DNA of 63,936 nt, the filler included, from Reclinomonas americana ATCC 50394 (Eukaryota), in the NCBI GenBank assembly GCA_048213135.1. It is 6 parts of 2 records of this genome, joined end to end, with 100 filler letters (N's around TTAATTAATTAA, not from the genome) between each part and the next. Parts side by side here need not be neighbours in the genome. Positions count along the whole stretch, not along the records: positions 27,787 to 50,385 come from PS015339.1; 5 more parts are not named here. One strand, given 5' to 3'. This document shows positions 28,786 through 41,300 of the stretch, piece by piece. The number at the start of each line of letters is the position of its first letter. The first letter of the stretch is position 1. The notes under the pieces were generated by a model. It did not search any database, was not told the DNA's origin, and worked only from the letters and a program-made list of their open reading frames with translations. The position numbers and the translations under genes are program-made.

Positions 28786-30007
28786 TGAGTGTGTTCATTT
28801 AGAATGGAGAGGGGGGCCGAGAAACCAACCACTAGCGTTGGTTATTCTTGCTGTTGTTGTTGTTGTCCTTGTTTGTGCGTGTGTATCTGTTTGTGGTTGC
28901 NNNNNNNNNNNNNNNNNNNNNNNNNNNNNNNNNNNNNNNNNNNNNNNNNNNNNNNNNNNNNNNNNNNNNNNNNNNNNNNNNNNNNNNNNNNNNNNNNNNN
29001 NNNNNNNNNNNNNNNNNNNNNNNNNNNNNNNNNNNNNNNNNNNNNNNNNNNNNNNNNNNNNNNNNNNNNNNNNNNNNNNNNNNNNNNNNNNNNNNNNNNN
29101 NNNGCGCGCTGTCTTTCGCTTTGTGTGTGTGGGGGAGGAGAGAGGGGGAGAGTGCGAGCGCCAGTGTGGAAATGGGGGAGAGAAAAATGCTTCAATGTAT
29201 AAGTTGGTGAAATATCAGAGACAGCCGTGTGCCGAGTGTGGTGGGAGTGGCTGTGGTCTGTGGGAAAGAGAGGGAGGGGGGAGACAGGAGCGGGGGGTGG
29301 GTGAAGGGTGCGAGAGAGTCCTGTTTTCGCCTTTTGTTTTCCATTTATGGTGAGGGACGCGGAAACAACGGTCAGCGCGTCTCCTCCATCTCCGTGGTTG
29401 ACTCCGACACTGCACACTTGCCTTCGCCTTCTCCTCCCTTCATCCTGTTTCTCGCTGCGCGGGAGAGAGCACGGGAATCTGTAGTCGCTACACTTTTTTG
29501 GGAAAATCAATGAGCGCGAAAAAGGCTTCATGGCCCCCCGGAGGGGGGCGGAAACCGACCCCCATATACCCCCACACTCGCACACTCGCACACTCGTGCA
29601 CTCACACGCACCGCAACGCAGCGGGGTGAGTGAATCGATTCAACCGCCTTTCGCATGTCCAAAGGCGGCTTCAGACACACATGTGCGAGAATTTCATCGC
29701 TCGCATTTCACACCAGAAATTCCATTTTCTCTTTCCCTCTTTCCCTCCCTCTTCCTCGCTCTCCCTCCCACGCACACCACACACACACACACACACACAG
29801 ACATGAGAGAGACCCACACGCGTGGAAGAGAAAGAGAGAGCGAGGACGACTGATGCAGAGCGCATGTCCAAAGGACATCTGTCCAACACCTCAATTTGCG
29901 TCCAACAACTCTTCTTTTTTCTGTCTGTCTGAGAGCGAAAGCAAACTCCCACACCCAACAACTTTTTGTTTCAGCGCTTGTCAGCCAACAACTTTCTTTC
30001 CTCAGAA

Positions 30008-31675
30008 ATGGACGCATTTGACTTTACGTTCAGTGACGATGTGGGCCCTCTGCCCAGCTTCTACATGGACGAGCGACCGGCGGTGGCAATTGCAGAGTCA
30101 AGCCCGCCAATGATAATGTCGGGGCCATCTCTCGTGCCCTCCACGCGCGCCCCTGCGTACCTGCCACCCGCACCCGTGGCGGCAATCGCAGCAACAGCAA
30201 CAGCAGACTACGTGCCCGCGCAAGCATACGTGCCACCGGTGGTTCCTGTGGCCGCGCCATCTCTGCCATCTTCATCATCATCAACATCGTATCAGTTCTT
30301 TGCCCCGCCCCCGCCTGCAGCAGTGGTGACTGCCCCTGTGGCGCCTGTGTACCTCCCACCCGCCGCACCACCAATGATCAAGAGCGAGTGGGCGGCGCCG
30401 TTGCCGGCCGAGAGCATTTCGAACATTGACCGCGCAACGTGGATGAATGAGACGCTTGATGTGTTGCGTACTCTTTTTGTGATGCGCATCTTGCAGTGTT
30501 TGGTTGCTCACTCGCGACACACAGTGATGCCTATGTCGCGCGTCTGGGCAATCAGCGTCGCCAGCAGCAACAACAGCAGCCGCAGCAGCTTCCGCAGCAA
30601 CTTCCGCAGCAACGATTGCCGCCGCCACCGATCCCGCCTCTGTCTGTGGTCGTGGCGGCGACTGCGGATGACATGGACGAGACGAAGCGCAAGGATGACG
30701 AGGAGGACGAGACGTACGATGACGACGGCGAGTATCGCATGGACGCGGATGAGGACGGCGAGGAGGACGAGGACGATGATGTGAGCGACTGGGAGCAGCA
30801 GAAGAGACGCCGCAATGCGGCGCGTGGAGCGGTCGGCGGGCGCAGGAATAATGCGCGCGCCACTCGCGGTGGGTCGACGGGACCGTCGACGTCGTTGGCG
30901 ACAGTGGCGTCAGTGCCGGTCGCCGATGAGCAGCACCAGCTGCATGGTGGTGAGCTGTTGAAGGCCACCAAGCGTCGTGCCAAGCGCCGCTACGATGCGA
31001 TTTCGTTGCCGGACGAGGTGGTGGCGGAGCGTGTGGAGCGATCATCAACTGGTGAGTGGAACTGGAGATGGTGTTTGGCAGCAGCAGCGACAAGCAGCGC
31101 AGCGCAGAGTGCATCAAGTAGCGCACCTCGGTTTTGTTATGTTCTTCCTCTTGTGTGTAGCTCTGCGACGACACCTCTGGAGACTGCGTTACTGTAGAAT
31201 GTTCTTGCGTACACATTTTTTTGCATTCAACGCTGTGTTTGTAGTCAGGTCACCTCATTCATGTGCATGAGTGTGTTGGTTTGTTTGCTTTGCTCTCCTC
31301 CTGTAGCATTTGTACACACAGCGACGAGCTTCACTTGTGTCGGTGGAAGGTATGCGAGAGATACACGATGGACTCACCACCACCCGTTCCCTTTTGTGTT
31401 TGCTTGTCGCGTGCACAGCGCTTCAGGAGCTCATTGAGCAGAAGCAAGTCAAGGGCCGCCTCTCGCGCGACGACGAACGTGACCTGAAGCGCCAGAAGCG
31501 GTTGATTAAGAACCGCGAGGCCGCTCAGCTCTCGCGTCTGCGCAAGAAGCAGTACTTGGAGGAGCTGGAGGACAACTACTCGTTGGCATTGGAGCAGCTG
31601 ACGCAGCTGCGGGAGGAGAACGCGGCATTGCGCGAGCAGTTGGAGAAGTTCACTGGCGTGCCTTACGCCATGTGA
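30008..31675 (+). CDS. bZIP transcription factor
   Basis: Last exon LKRQKRLIKNREAAQLSRLRKKQYLEELE plus leucine zipper; Pro-rich, Gln-rich and acidic N-terminal exons. Confidence 0.92.
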
Positions 31676-32599
31676 ACAGATCCTTCTGCATTGCAGTGAG
31701 TGTGTGCGTCTGCCCTCACTGCTCGGCCCACCCGCCAGCGTCGCCACTCACCCCCGGTCGCCGCCGGCAAGCAAGCACATCCGTGCTTGCCTGCTAGCGC
31801 GTGCGCACCGTGCACCGTGCACTCTCTCGTGTGCCGGTGAGTGGCGACGTCTGGATTCTTGCGCACGTCCGCGTGCACTTTGCCCGTTGCATTCCCTCTC
31901 CGATCTCCCTCCCCCCTCTCTTACCCTTTTTCACACACGGTTTCCATCTCTCTATCTCTCTCTCGCTCTGTATTTTNNNNNNNNNNNNNNNNNNNNNNNN
32001 NNNNNNNNNNNNNNNNNNNNNNNNNNNNNNNNNNNNNNNNNNNNNNNNNNNNNNNNNNNNNNNNNNNNNNNNNNNNNNNNNNNNNNNNNNNNNNNNNNNN
32101 NNNNNNNNNNNNNNNNNNNNNNNNNNNNNNNNNNNNNNNNNNNNNNNNNNNNNNNNNNNNNNNNNNNNNNNNNNNNNNNNNNNNNNNNNNNNNNNNNNNN
32201 NNNNNNNNNNNNNNNNNNNNNNNNNNNNNNNNNNNNNNNNNNNNNNNNNNNNNNNNNNNNNNNNNNNNNNNNNNNNNNNNNNNNNNNNNNNNNNNNNNNN
32301 NNNNNNNNGAGTTTGTGCGTGCGTATGCTCCCTTAATATTGATGTGCGTGTACACTTCCTCCTCCCTCATCTTTTGTATTACAGTGGCCCCGTGTCTTTA
32401 GTTATGTTTTGCTGCCACGCGTCTCTCTTGCGGAGGGTGTGTTCACACCACGCCACTGCTTTTGAGGTTTTGTGTGCCTTGGTTTTTGTCGGTTCAGTGG
32501 TGGTGGTGGTGACATGCCACTGCCACCACGAGGTGAAAAAAGAATGAAAGAACAATGCAAAGAAGAAAAGAAACACACACACACAAGTCGCCATTTTCT

Positions 32600-35180
32600 T
32601 TACAATGGCACACCGTGCGATCGCAGAGTGTTGATGCACATGGAGATGTAGTCGGCCGGATTCTGGTAGTACACTGCACGGGCCAAACAACGAAGGTCAG
32701 TGCCAACCACAGCGAGCGGCAAGAGAGGAGATCAGAAGGAGGAACGCAACCGCAGTTGTTGGCACAGTCGCGCCAGCCCTCCGTGTCAAAGCCGACTTGC
32801 CGACTCAGCGAGCTGGCTGGTCGTCGGCGACGATCATCTGCGCGAAGAATGAGTTCAGAACAGAATCCCCGACTGCCGATGAAGGAGGGAGGGGGGCGGA
32901 CGCACCCGATGCCGGTGACCCGCTGGTGCCCTCGGTGGGGGCACGCTGTGGCAACTCACGCCGCAAGTGCCACATTTCGAGGACACGCTGCGCCGTCATG
33001 GCACCGCACGAGCACAGCGGTGGCAGCTCAATGCCACGCTCGTGAATGGCCTGGCTCAGCTGCACACGCAGCGCGTCGGCATATCTGCACCACCGTGTTC
33101 GTCAGCTCCCCTCTTCTCCCTCACTGCTTTTTTGCGTCGCACGCACCTCCTCTCCTCGTTCTCGCGACGCAGACGTGCCTCGTGCTGCGCCTTCTCGGTC
33201 GCCGACATGGGAGGCGCCGCCGCCGTGGCCGCCGGTGCGTGGTGCTGCTCCTCGGTCCGTGGAGTGGTGCCGGTGCGGTGTGCCAGCAGTCGCATGCGAG
33301 CGCTGCCGACCTCGCGCTCGTGTTGCGCGACAACAGGCATGACCGACGACGAGGCAGCCGAGGCGTCAAGCACCGTCGACGAGTGTGCCGACTGCGATGG
33401 CATGTCTGTTGGTGCGAGGCGCGGCACCGATGCGCTCCACGGCTCGCCGGGACCCGACGAGTCGCCACTGTCCTCCACTCGCTCAGCATGCTCGCCTCCA
33501 GCCTGCTGCCGCCGCCGCTGCCGCCGACGCTGCTGCTTGTCGGCGACAGGTTTCCGCTCGTGACCCGCCGTGTCAAACGGAAACTCGGTCGTCGGCGTCT
33601 TGTGCACATACCGCGGTGGCAACTGCCGCGCCGACTGTGGCCTGTACTGCGACAGTCGTGACATGTTGGCGGCATCCGGGTTCGTGGAGACCATCGACGT
33701 GTCGGCGCTGCGCGGTCGCATTCTGCGCTTCGGCATNNNNNNNNNNNNNNNNNNNNNNNNNNNNNNNNNNNNNNNNNNNNNNNNNNNNNNNNNNNNNNNN
33801 NNNNNNNNNNNNNNNNNNNNNNNNNNNNNNNNNNNNNNNNNNNNNNNNNNNNNNNNNNNNNNNNNNNNNNNNNNNNNNNNNNNNNNNNNNNNNNNNNNNN
33901 NNNNNNNNNNNNNNNNNNNNNNNNNNNNNNNNNNNNNNNNNNNNNNNNNNNNNNNNNNNNNNNNNNNNNNNNNNNNNNNNNNNNNNNNNNNNNNNNNNNN
34001 NNNNNNNNNNNNNNNNNNNNNNNNNNNNNNNNNNNNNNNNNNNNNNNNNNNNNNNNNNNNNNNNNNNNNNNNNNNNNNNNNNNNNNNNNNNNNNNNNNNN
34101 NNNNNNNNNNNNNNNNNNNNNNNNNNNNNNNNNNNNNNNNNNNNNNNNNNNNNNNNNNNNNNNNNNNNNNNNNNNNNNNNNNNNNNNNNNNNNNNNNNNN
34201 NNNNNNNNNNNNNNNNNNNNNNNNNNNNNNNNNNNNNNNNNNNNNNNNNNNNNNNNNNNNNNNNNNNNNNNNNNNNNNNNNNTTGTGCCGACGATGCCAC
34301 CGAGCTGTTCACCGCCGTGTGCACAGTGGTGTGCGCACTCACCGTCGTGGTGATCCCGGCACCAACGACGATCGGCTCGGTCGCAGGAGCCGGCAGTCGG
34401 TGACTCTGAATAAACTCTCTCCTCCGCACGAGCAACTCGGTCGCCTTTCTCTCCGACTGCTCCCGCTCACTGTGGCGCAGCAGCAGATCAGAGAGAGGTG
34501 GGGAAAAGGCAGCACGACTGAGGAGCAGCGCAACAGTCGTTCCTTGGTCAGCTGCTCCTTCACGCGCGTCTTGACCGCAGAGTGGAATGCGCGAAGTCGA
34601 CGATCTTTGGCCTCCTGCACCGCGTTGGCGACCAGCGATCGATGCCGTGCCTTGTCCTGTAACCACACGCACTGCGCGTGAGGCGAGAGCGGGTGGGTGA
34701 GGTGAGTAGATGTCACGCAACTCCAGTCTCGGCAAACGGACTCGGTTTCATCGCCGATGGCAGCTCCAGGCCTCCATCGGCCTCTGTCTCCAACACCTGC
34801 GATGTCTCATAGGCCATCACACGTGTGTTGCCGGCATCGACACCCGAGAAGCCCGTCAGCTCGCCACCAGCATCGCGTCGCAATGCCGCCCTGTTGTCAT
34901 CGTCAGTGTCAGTGTCTCTTTGAGTGATGAAAGGGATGAGGGGGACGCAACGAGAGGGTCGCATCAGCGTGCACTCCAGGCGTAATGTTGTAACAGGCGT
35001 AGTCGTCGCGTCGCAGGTACAAGACATTGTGTTCACACTGCACATCGCGAGTCGGCCGCGCAATGCGGATCTCACTCAAGTCTGCGTGCACACACACACA
35101 GTGAGACACACACGCCCACACACTCAATCAAAGAGAGCACAGGCACCTCCTTGCACAGGTGGAGTCAGTGGCCTGAACAT
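32600..35180 (-). CDS. CCDC15: CCDC15-like centriolar protein (contains an N gap)
   Basis: RYADALRVQL...IELPPLCSCG and spliced DCANNC|VYYQNPADY match the CCDC15 C-terminal Cys motif; N-terminal EAKDRRLRAFHSAVKTRV. Start approximate. Confidence 0.8.
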
Positions 35181-35301
35181 CTTTTGCGATTAAAAGGAAC
35201 TAGCCGTTAGTGGGACAGATATAGATGACAATTGTGAGTCATTCGCGTTCGCGCAATTTTTTTCGTGTTGTGTGTGGAGCAAAGCGCACTTGAAGTGGGC
35301 A

Positions 35302-38300
35302 ATGCGACTGCGTCCGGTTGTGCATGTGGACTACTTTGCGCAGCGGGCTCGTGCGCGGAAGGAGCACTCGCGATTGTTGTGGCGCTCGGTGAAGAGCCGT
35401 GTGTGTGGAGGAGGTGTCGGAGTGGTGCCGCATGTGTTGCCTCGGGAACTCGAGTTGAGTGGCATCTCATGTCTCCTCGCTGTGCACTTTTCCTTTTGCT
35501 TACGCATGCTGGCAGTACGACCTCGGTGCTGCAGGTCGAGTTGTCGGATTGGTTGGAATGCCAACTGAAGTCGGTGGTGCGGCCGCAGAATGATGAATGG
35601 ATGCCGAGTGCGACAGTTGCCGCTGCGAAAGGTGACGGAGAAGCCACTTCCCACCTGTGTAGGGTGAGAATGCCTCACACACTGTGCGCCGCAGATCCGC
35701 TGGATGAGTGGCTTGTGAAACTGGAGGAGCACGTTGCGATTGGTTGCGTCACTCCTTCCAGCCATTTCTGTCATTCTCCTGTGCACTCATGAACGCGCAT
35801 TGCAGACACCTCACTCCCGTTCCTGCTGCCGCTGGTGACTGGCAAGAGCCATCGGCTGGAGGATGGCGGCGAGACATCCGGTCGAGTGCCACCCGTCGAG
35901 CGAGTCCATCTTCCGTCGCTTGGGTTCGTGCGCGTAGAGTCCAATGTTGTACTGCCGGCAGCCACTGACTCTGATGTGCAGCGAGGAAGCAAGTGCGGTG
36001 GCTCGGCGGCTTCGCCAGACAAACATGGATAATGTGACGGCACTGTTGAGGGCAATGGATCGCGGAGAAACTCGGCAACCGTTCGGCCTGCAGAATTGCA
36101 TCGATGTGCCCACAGCGACCAGTGGTAGCCGTGGTCCTGTGTGGCTTGTTCGCGGAGAGGTACTCTGCCTTACTTTCAGAAGACACACATAAGCTAACAC
36201 GCACACGTACGCAGGTGGTGGCACCGTGTGCAACAACAAAAGCTCCGGACTGTGACCTTCCTATTGTCACGCCGGTGGATCTCTGTCTTTCCGTCGATGG
36301 CCTGGTGGAGCAGTTGCGCGGTGGCGTCGTCGGCCACAGCTGGTATCAGCCGCCCTCAGATCCACCGCCTTGCATCAACGACGGGCTGAAGCCGCTTGTT
36401 GCTGGCGACGATGCGGCATTCCAGCTGCAACTACTCTTCCGCGATGACGCCACGGCGCTTACCACTGACAGCGGCATGTGGGCACCACTGCCCGACATGC
36501 GCCTACCGCTCCCTCCTGTTGCAGACGTGATGAGGTTTGTGTGTGTGTTTCTCGGGACTGTTGCGATCATGTGTGATCGATATCACTCATCAACCGCAGT
36601 CCCCTGGAGAAATGCGACTTGTCGCACTCGGAGGTACTCCTCGACCCGTCGCTCGTGGCCCGTGCACGTCTCGCTGCCGCGCGTCTGCATGCTGAGGATG
36701 AAGAAACGAAGACATCGGCCGTTCGGGTGCGACCGCTGGCCCGTCGTCGACTCAATGCTGGTCAGTGGCCGTGAACTCTCATGCCTTACACCGCAGCAAA
36801 CTCTGAACCCGGCTGCCTCTCTGCAGTGGCCATTTTGGCGTCGCTACGCCAGGATGCAACTCAGTGGCGTGCGTCCACACTGCTGGAGAGCCACGCAGTA
36901 GTGCCCCTCGACACGCAAGCATGCAGTCTGGATCGATTGTTTGAGCACACCACTGATAAGCGATTGCGGTGGGCGCTACACGACGCGCTTCCACGCACAG
37001 TGCTGCAAGTCGTCCCGGCAGCAGCATCCATCAGCTTGCAAGACGAGAGACTGTGGAGTGGTGCAGAGGCGCATCACGATACACAGAGTTGCGTTGACAA
37101 TCACACGCAAAATGCACTTGAATCACTGGTGACACACTCTTCGCAACAGTGCGCACAGAGCAACTGCTGCAAGAGCACTTGGAGCGCGTGAGCCCCGAGG
37201 TGCCTGAGCCCATGAGGTGCGTGAATGCAACTGCACGAACTGCTGGTGCAGTGTTCTCTCTCATGCATATGATCACCATCACCCAGCACCGTGCAAAACA
37301 TGTGGACTGCTGAGCTTGGGGAGTTGCACAAGGGGCAGCCGGCACTCTCCAATCTGCTGCACCAGGCGGGTCAGCACCTACACCACGATCTCTCGGCGCA
37401 GACCTTGGAAGAGTCGGAGGTACGCTGCGGCGATTAGGAGGCAGCAGCAGCACTTTCGACCATCACCAACGACTGTCCTTGTTGGTGCAGGATTGGCTGT
37501 TCATGACAACTCTCGAGTTACCGCAGCACTTGGAGATGGATGTTGCTGGTAACGATGGGAATTGAATAGTGAGACATGCAGTCACTCTTTCACCGACTTC
37601 CTCTTGCATGCACAGGTTTGTTGCACTTTTTCAATGCCCGAGTCGAGTCCTCCAAGTCGGTGCAGGAGTTCTCTCGCATGGTGCGTTGCTATCCTGCACT
37701 CGTTTTGTCACTCTTCTCACTTGCGAACTGCAGCTGGCCACGTGCGACGATGAGGACGACACCCAGACAACTCAGTTGCCATCTGTGGTCTCCGTGGTTG
37801 ATCACAATGTGGATGAATTCAAATGGAGTGACGACGTCTCCTCGATGGTTGTCGACGAGCAGCGCCAACCAGTCGAACCGACTGCTGTCAGTGCGGCAGT
37901 CTCCGTCTCACTGCAGGTGTGAGCGAATGCACTCCTTGGTCTGTGCTGCATTACTCACCTTTCGCAGGATTCGCTCGATGCCTTCATGACATCGAGGCGA
38001 CGACAACAGGCACCAGTCGCCAACTGTTGCGCTTCTGCTGGTGAATGGTAATTAGGGAGTATCACTCATATCAGTGTTGACAGCTGCAGCACACGGCAGC
38101 AACACTGTTGCGGTGTCGGAGCAACTGCCCACCGTTCGCTACGTCACTGCGCCCTTCTACATACCAGTGCAGCCACACTTTTCTGCTCTCGAAGTTGTGA
38201 GACAGCAACACACCGTCATTTCAGTCTTCATCACTGACCGATCGCGATGGCGCAGGTTGAGGTGGCCCGGCATCTCCTTGTGCCACCCGTCAGCTGCATC

Positions 38301-41300
38301 GTGAGCAGTTCCACGGTGCCGTTGCACATGTCCTTGGCACTGTGCATCTGCAATGCTCTCCAGCGCAGTCCGAACAAGCGGGTCTGTTTACTTTTTTGCA
38401 ATCAGTGAGTGCGTCAACGTACTCATCTCTGCTACGCGCAGGTACTGGTGCTGTGCCGTGGCAAGCATGTGCTCGCCGACCTGTCCCGCTGGCCATTCTT
38501 TGTGTTCCTCTCACACCACTTGCATGCTGTGTTTGCGAATTCGCGACAAGTCACTTGTGTGGCGACCACAAGCACCACTCTCGGCGAAGCTCTCGCTCGA
38601 CCTCTGGCACTCTCCACTGTGGTATTCCTGCACATGGACACGCTGGACCGTGCTCAGCGGCGCGACAATGGACTGACGCTGCGGTACGCTGCAGCATTCA
38701 TTCAATGGGGCAGTGTTTTTTTCTGCTTTGAATTTACCAGTGAGTGACAGGCATCTGGTGAACAGCGGAGGCGTCTCGCTCAGTGTGGTGCACCTGGCCA
38801 GCACTGCGACACTGCACTGTCGACAGTGGTTCGACAGCGATGAGACGCTGGCATTGAGCACGGCTTCGTGGGCAACAGATGGTGTGTCATTCTGCAGCCC
38901 TCAGTCTCGATTTGCTTCACTTTCTCATGACGCGCGACTGATCAGACATGTCGGCATTGCTGGAACTGCATCGCGTGACCGCATGCAACGTCGTTGTGGT
39001 GCCTCCGTGCAATGAGCCATTGCTCAGTGCACTCACATTGGCACGCAAGGCACAAACTGAGGTCCGTTCGTCGGTATTGTGTGGTTTCTGTTTTTTCACC
39101 GACTCACACTTCGCTACCTGCAGCTGTGTGTTGTTCTCACCGACCAGCATGCTCAATCCTCCATTGCACATCCACTGCCACCAGTGCATCTCCTGCTGCT
39201 TGCTCGTTGCGTTGCACACGATGGCTCGCAGTTGTCTCCAAAAGCCACTCACTGATCGCTGCATGGGCACACACAGCCGAGTTTCTCCTGCTTGATCGTC
39301 AGCTGTGCCACCTCGGCCAGCTGCACATAGACGGCATGAGCTCCCCGCCAGCAGTGTCGGACTTTACGCGACTCACTGCTCGGTATGTTGCATGCATGCC
39401 AGTGGTGGTGCTTCACGTCGTGAACCAACTCATCGCATGTGTGCTCAGCGTCGCCAAGCAGCGCGTCGACAGCAAGGCACTGCTTGTGCGCCAACAAGGT
39501 ATGGGCTCCGAGACAGATGCTATAGTGTCGTGCAAAGAGTGCTGACACCGAAGCACACAGCCAGCGCTCCTGGACTCGGCTCGCAATACCGCGAGGTTCG
39601 TACTCTCTTGTTGCAGCTGCAGTCGACGACCTCACTTGACAACCATAAACACAGGCGGTTATCCTGCACACTCTGTGCATGGCTCGTTCGCTGCTGCTTC
39701 GCGGTGGTGCGCTGCTATCACTGCTGTATGTCAGCAACGTCTGTCAAGATCAGCAGTACGAGCGACTGCTTGGTGGTACGTATCGCTGTGTGGTTGTAAT
39801 GCGATGCTGGCAATGGAGTGACAGCAAGCACAGGATCGTGTACCGAACTCCTCGACCTACTAAATGCTGCCTGTGCGGCCCCACTGTCAGGCCGCCTCGG
39901 CGTCGAGCCGCACGTGACGGCACTCACTTTCATGCTCTGTGACCTCGCTCTGGTACCAGTGTCATCCGCTTCGTCATCCGCTTCGTCATCATCACCGACA
40001 GCTGGTGGAGCAGGAGGCAAGTACGGCAGCGCTAAGAGGGTACGTTTAGAACTGCGGCACAGCAGGCGTTCTGTGCACATTCTAGACTCATCACGCACAG
40101 GTCTTCCTGGCGCTGGAGTACGACGACTCGGCATCCGTCTTGTCGTCGCTGCTCTCCGACACGTTGGACGCTCAACTAGCACGCGACCCAGATGCGGAGC
40201 GACGGCGCCCGATCGACTTGTGCACAGTGCACGTCAGTGATGTCGAGAGTCAGCGGTACTGTCGTTCATGATCAGCAATATCTGGCACTCCATTGCCATT
40301 CGATGATACTCACACTTCAGCGTGTGCAAACAGCACTGCGAGACTCTACCTGCAGCAGTCACTGGAGGCAGACGCAGCACCAGGCAGCGGTAGTGGTGGC
40401 AGCTCGCTCATAAGCACCCCGTTGCTGGTTATCGTGTGCGACTGGCGACTGCTCGACAATCTCAGCGACTCGGGCAAGATCGACTGGTGGCAACAGTCGG
40501 CGGCCGTTGTTGTGGATGTCAATGATGTAGGAATTGTGCGGCAGCTGCCCGCCACGAGTCGATGGGGACAGGCGGCAGCTCTTGGTCATCTGTGCTGCTG
40601 CAGTCTGCATGCTCTGATGATGGACAGTGGTGGTGGTGAGTGAGTGAGTGAATGCAGAAAACAGCAATGTGCTCTGCACTCACTGGAAAGCAGGAGACCG
40701 GGTGGAGCTTGCCAACAGTCTGGCCCGCCTTTCGCGACACCGCCACGTGGAATACGAAGGCGGCGTCCACCAGATCCCGGTGATTCGCGATCTCCCGGGT
40801 GCCATGTCGACACTGCAACAGCCACCCACACCACAACAGTCGACAACGGTCGCCAGTCACCCCGCCTCTGCCTCACCAGAGGAAGACTCTGGTGATGTCG
40901 CGCAACCACTGCGCGTCCTGTGCACCGAGCGCATCCTGGCCGACCACGATCTGGTTCGCGCGATGGAGCTCCACAGCGATTTCTGCGTGCTGGAGCGCAG
41001 TCGGACTCCCGGCTGCCCGGCCGATGTGCTGCTCGACGGCACAACCGCCGTGCTCATCCACCAGGTCAAGGAGGCCACCTTGCCAGGTATTGTGTAATGC
41101 TGGAATGCATCGCTCGTGAAACACACTCACCAGGGCTGCGCAGGTCTGCGAGATGCGCTTTCCATCCTCCGCCGAGTGGTCTCCATGTGCATTGTCGTGT
41201 GCGATCATCGGTGCGTAAAGCACGATGGCGATCTATGCAACCGCCTGCAACAAACACGCACGCTGCAGTAACTGCGACGATACGGCGGTCGCACACTGCA

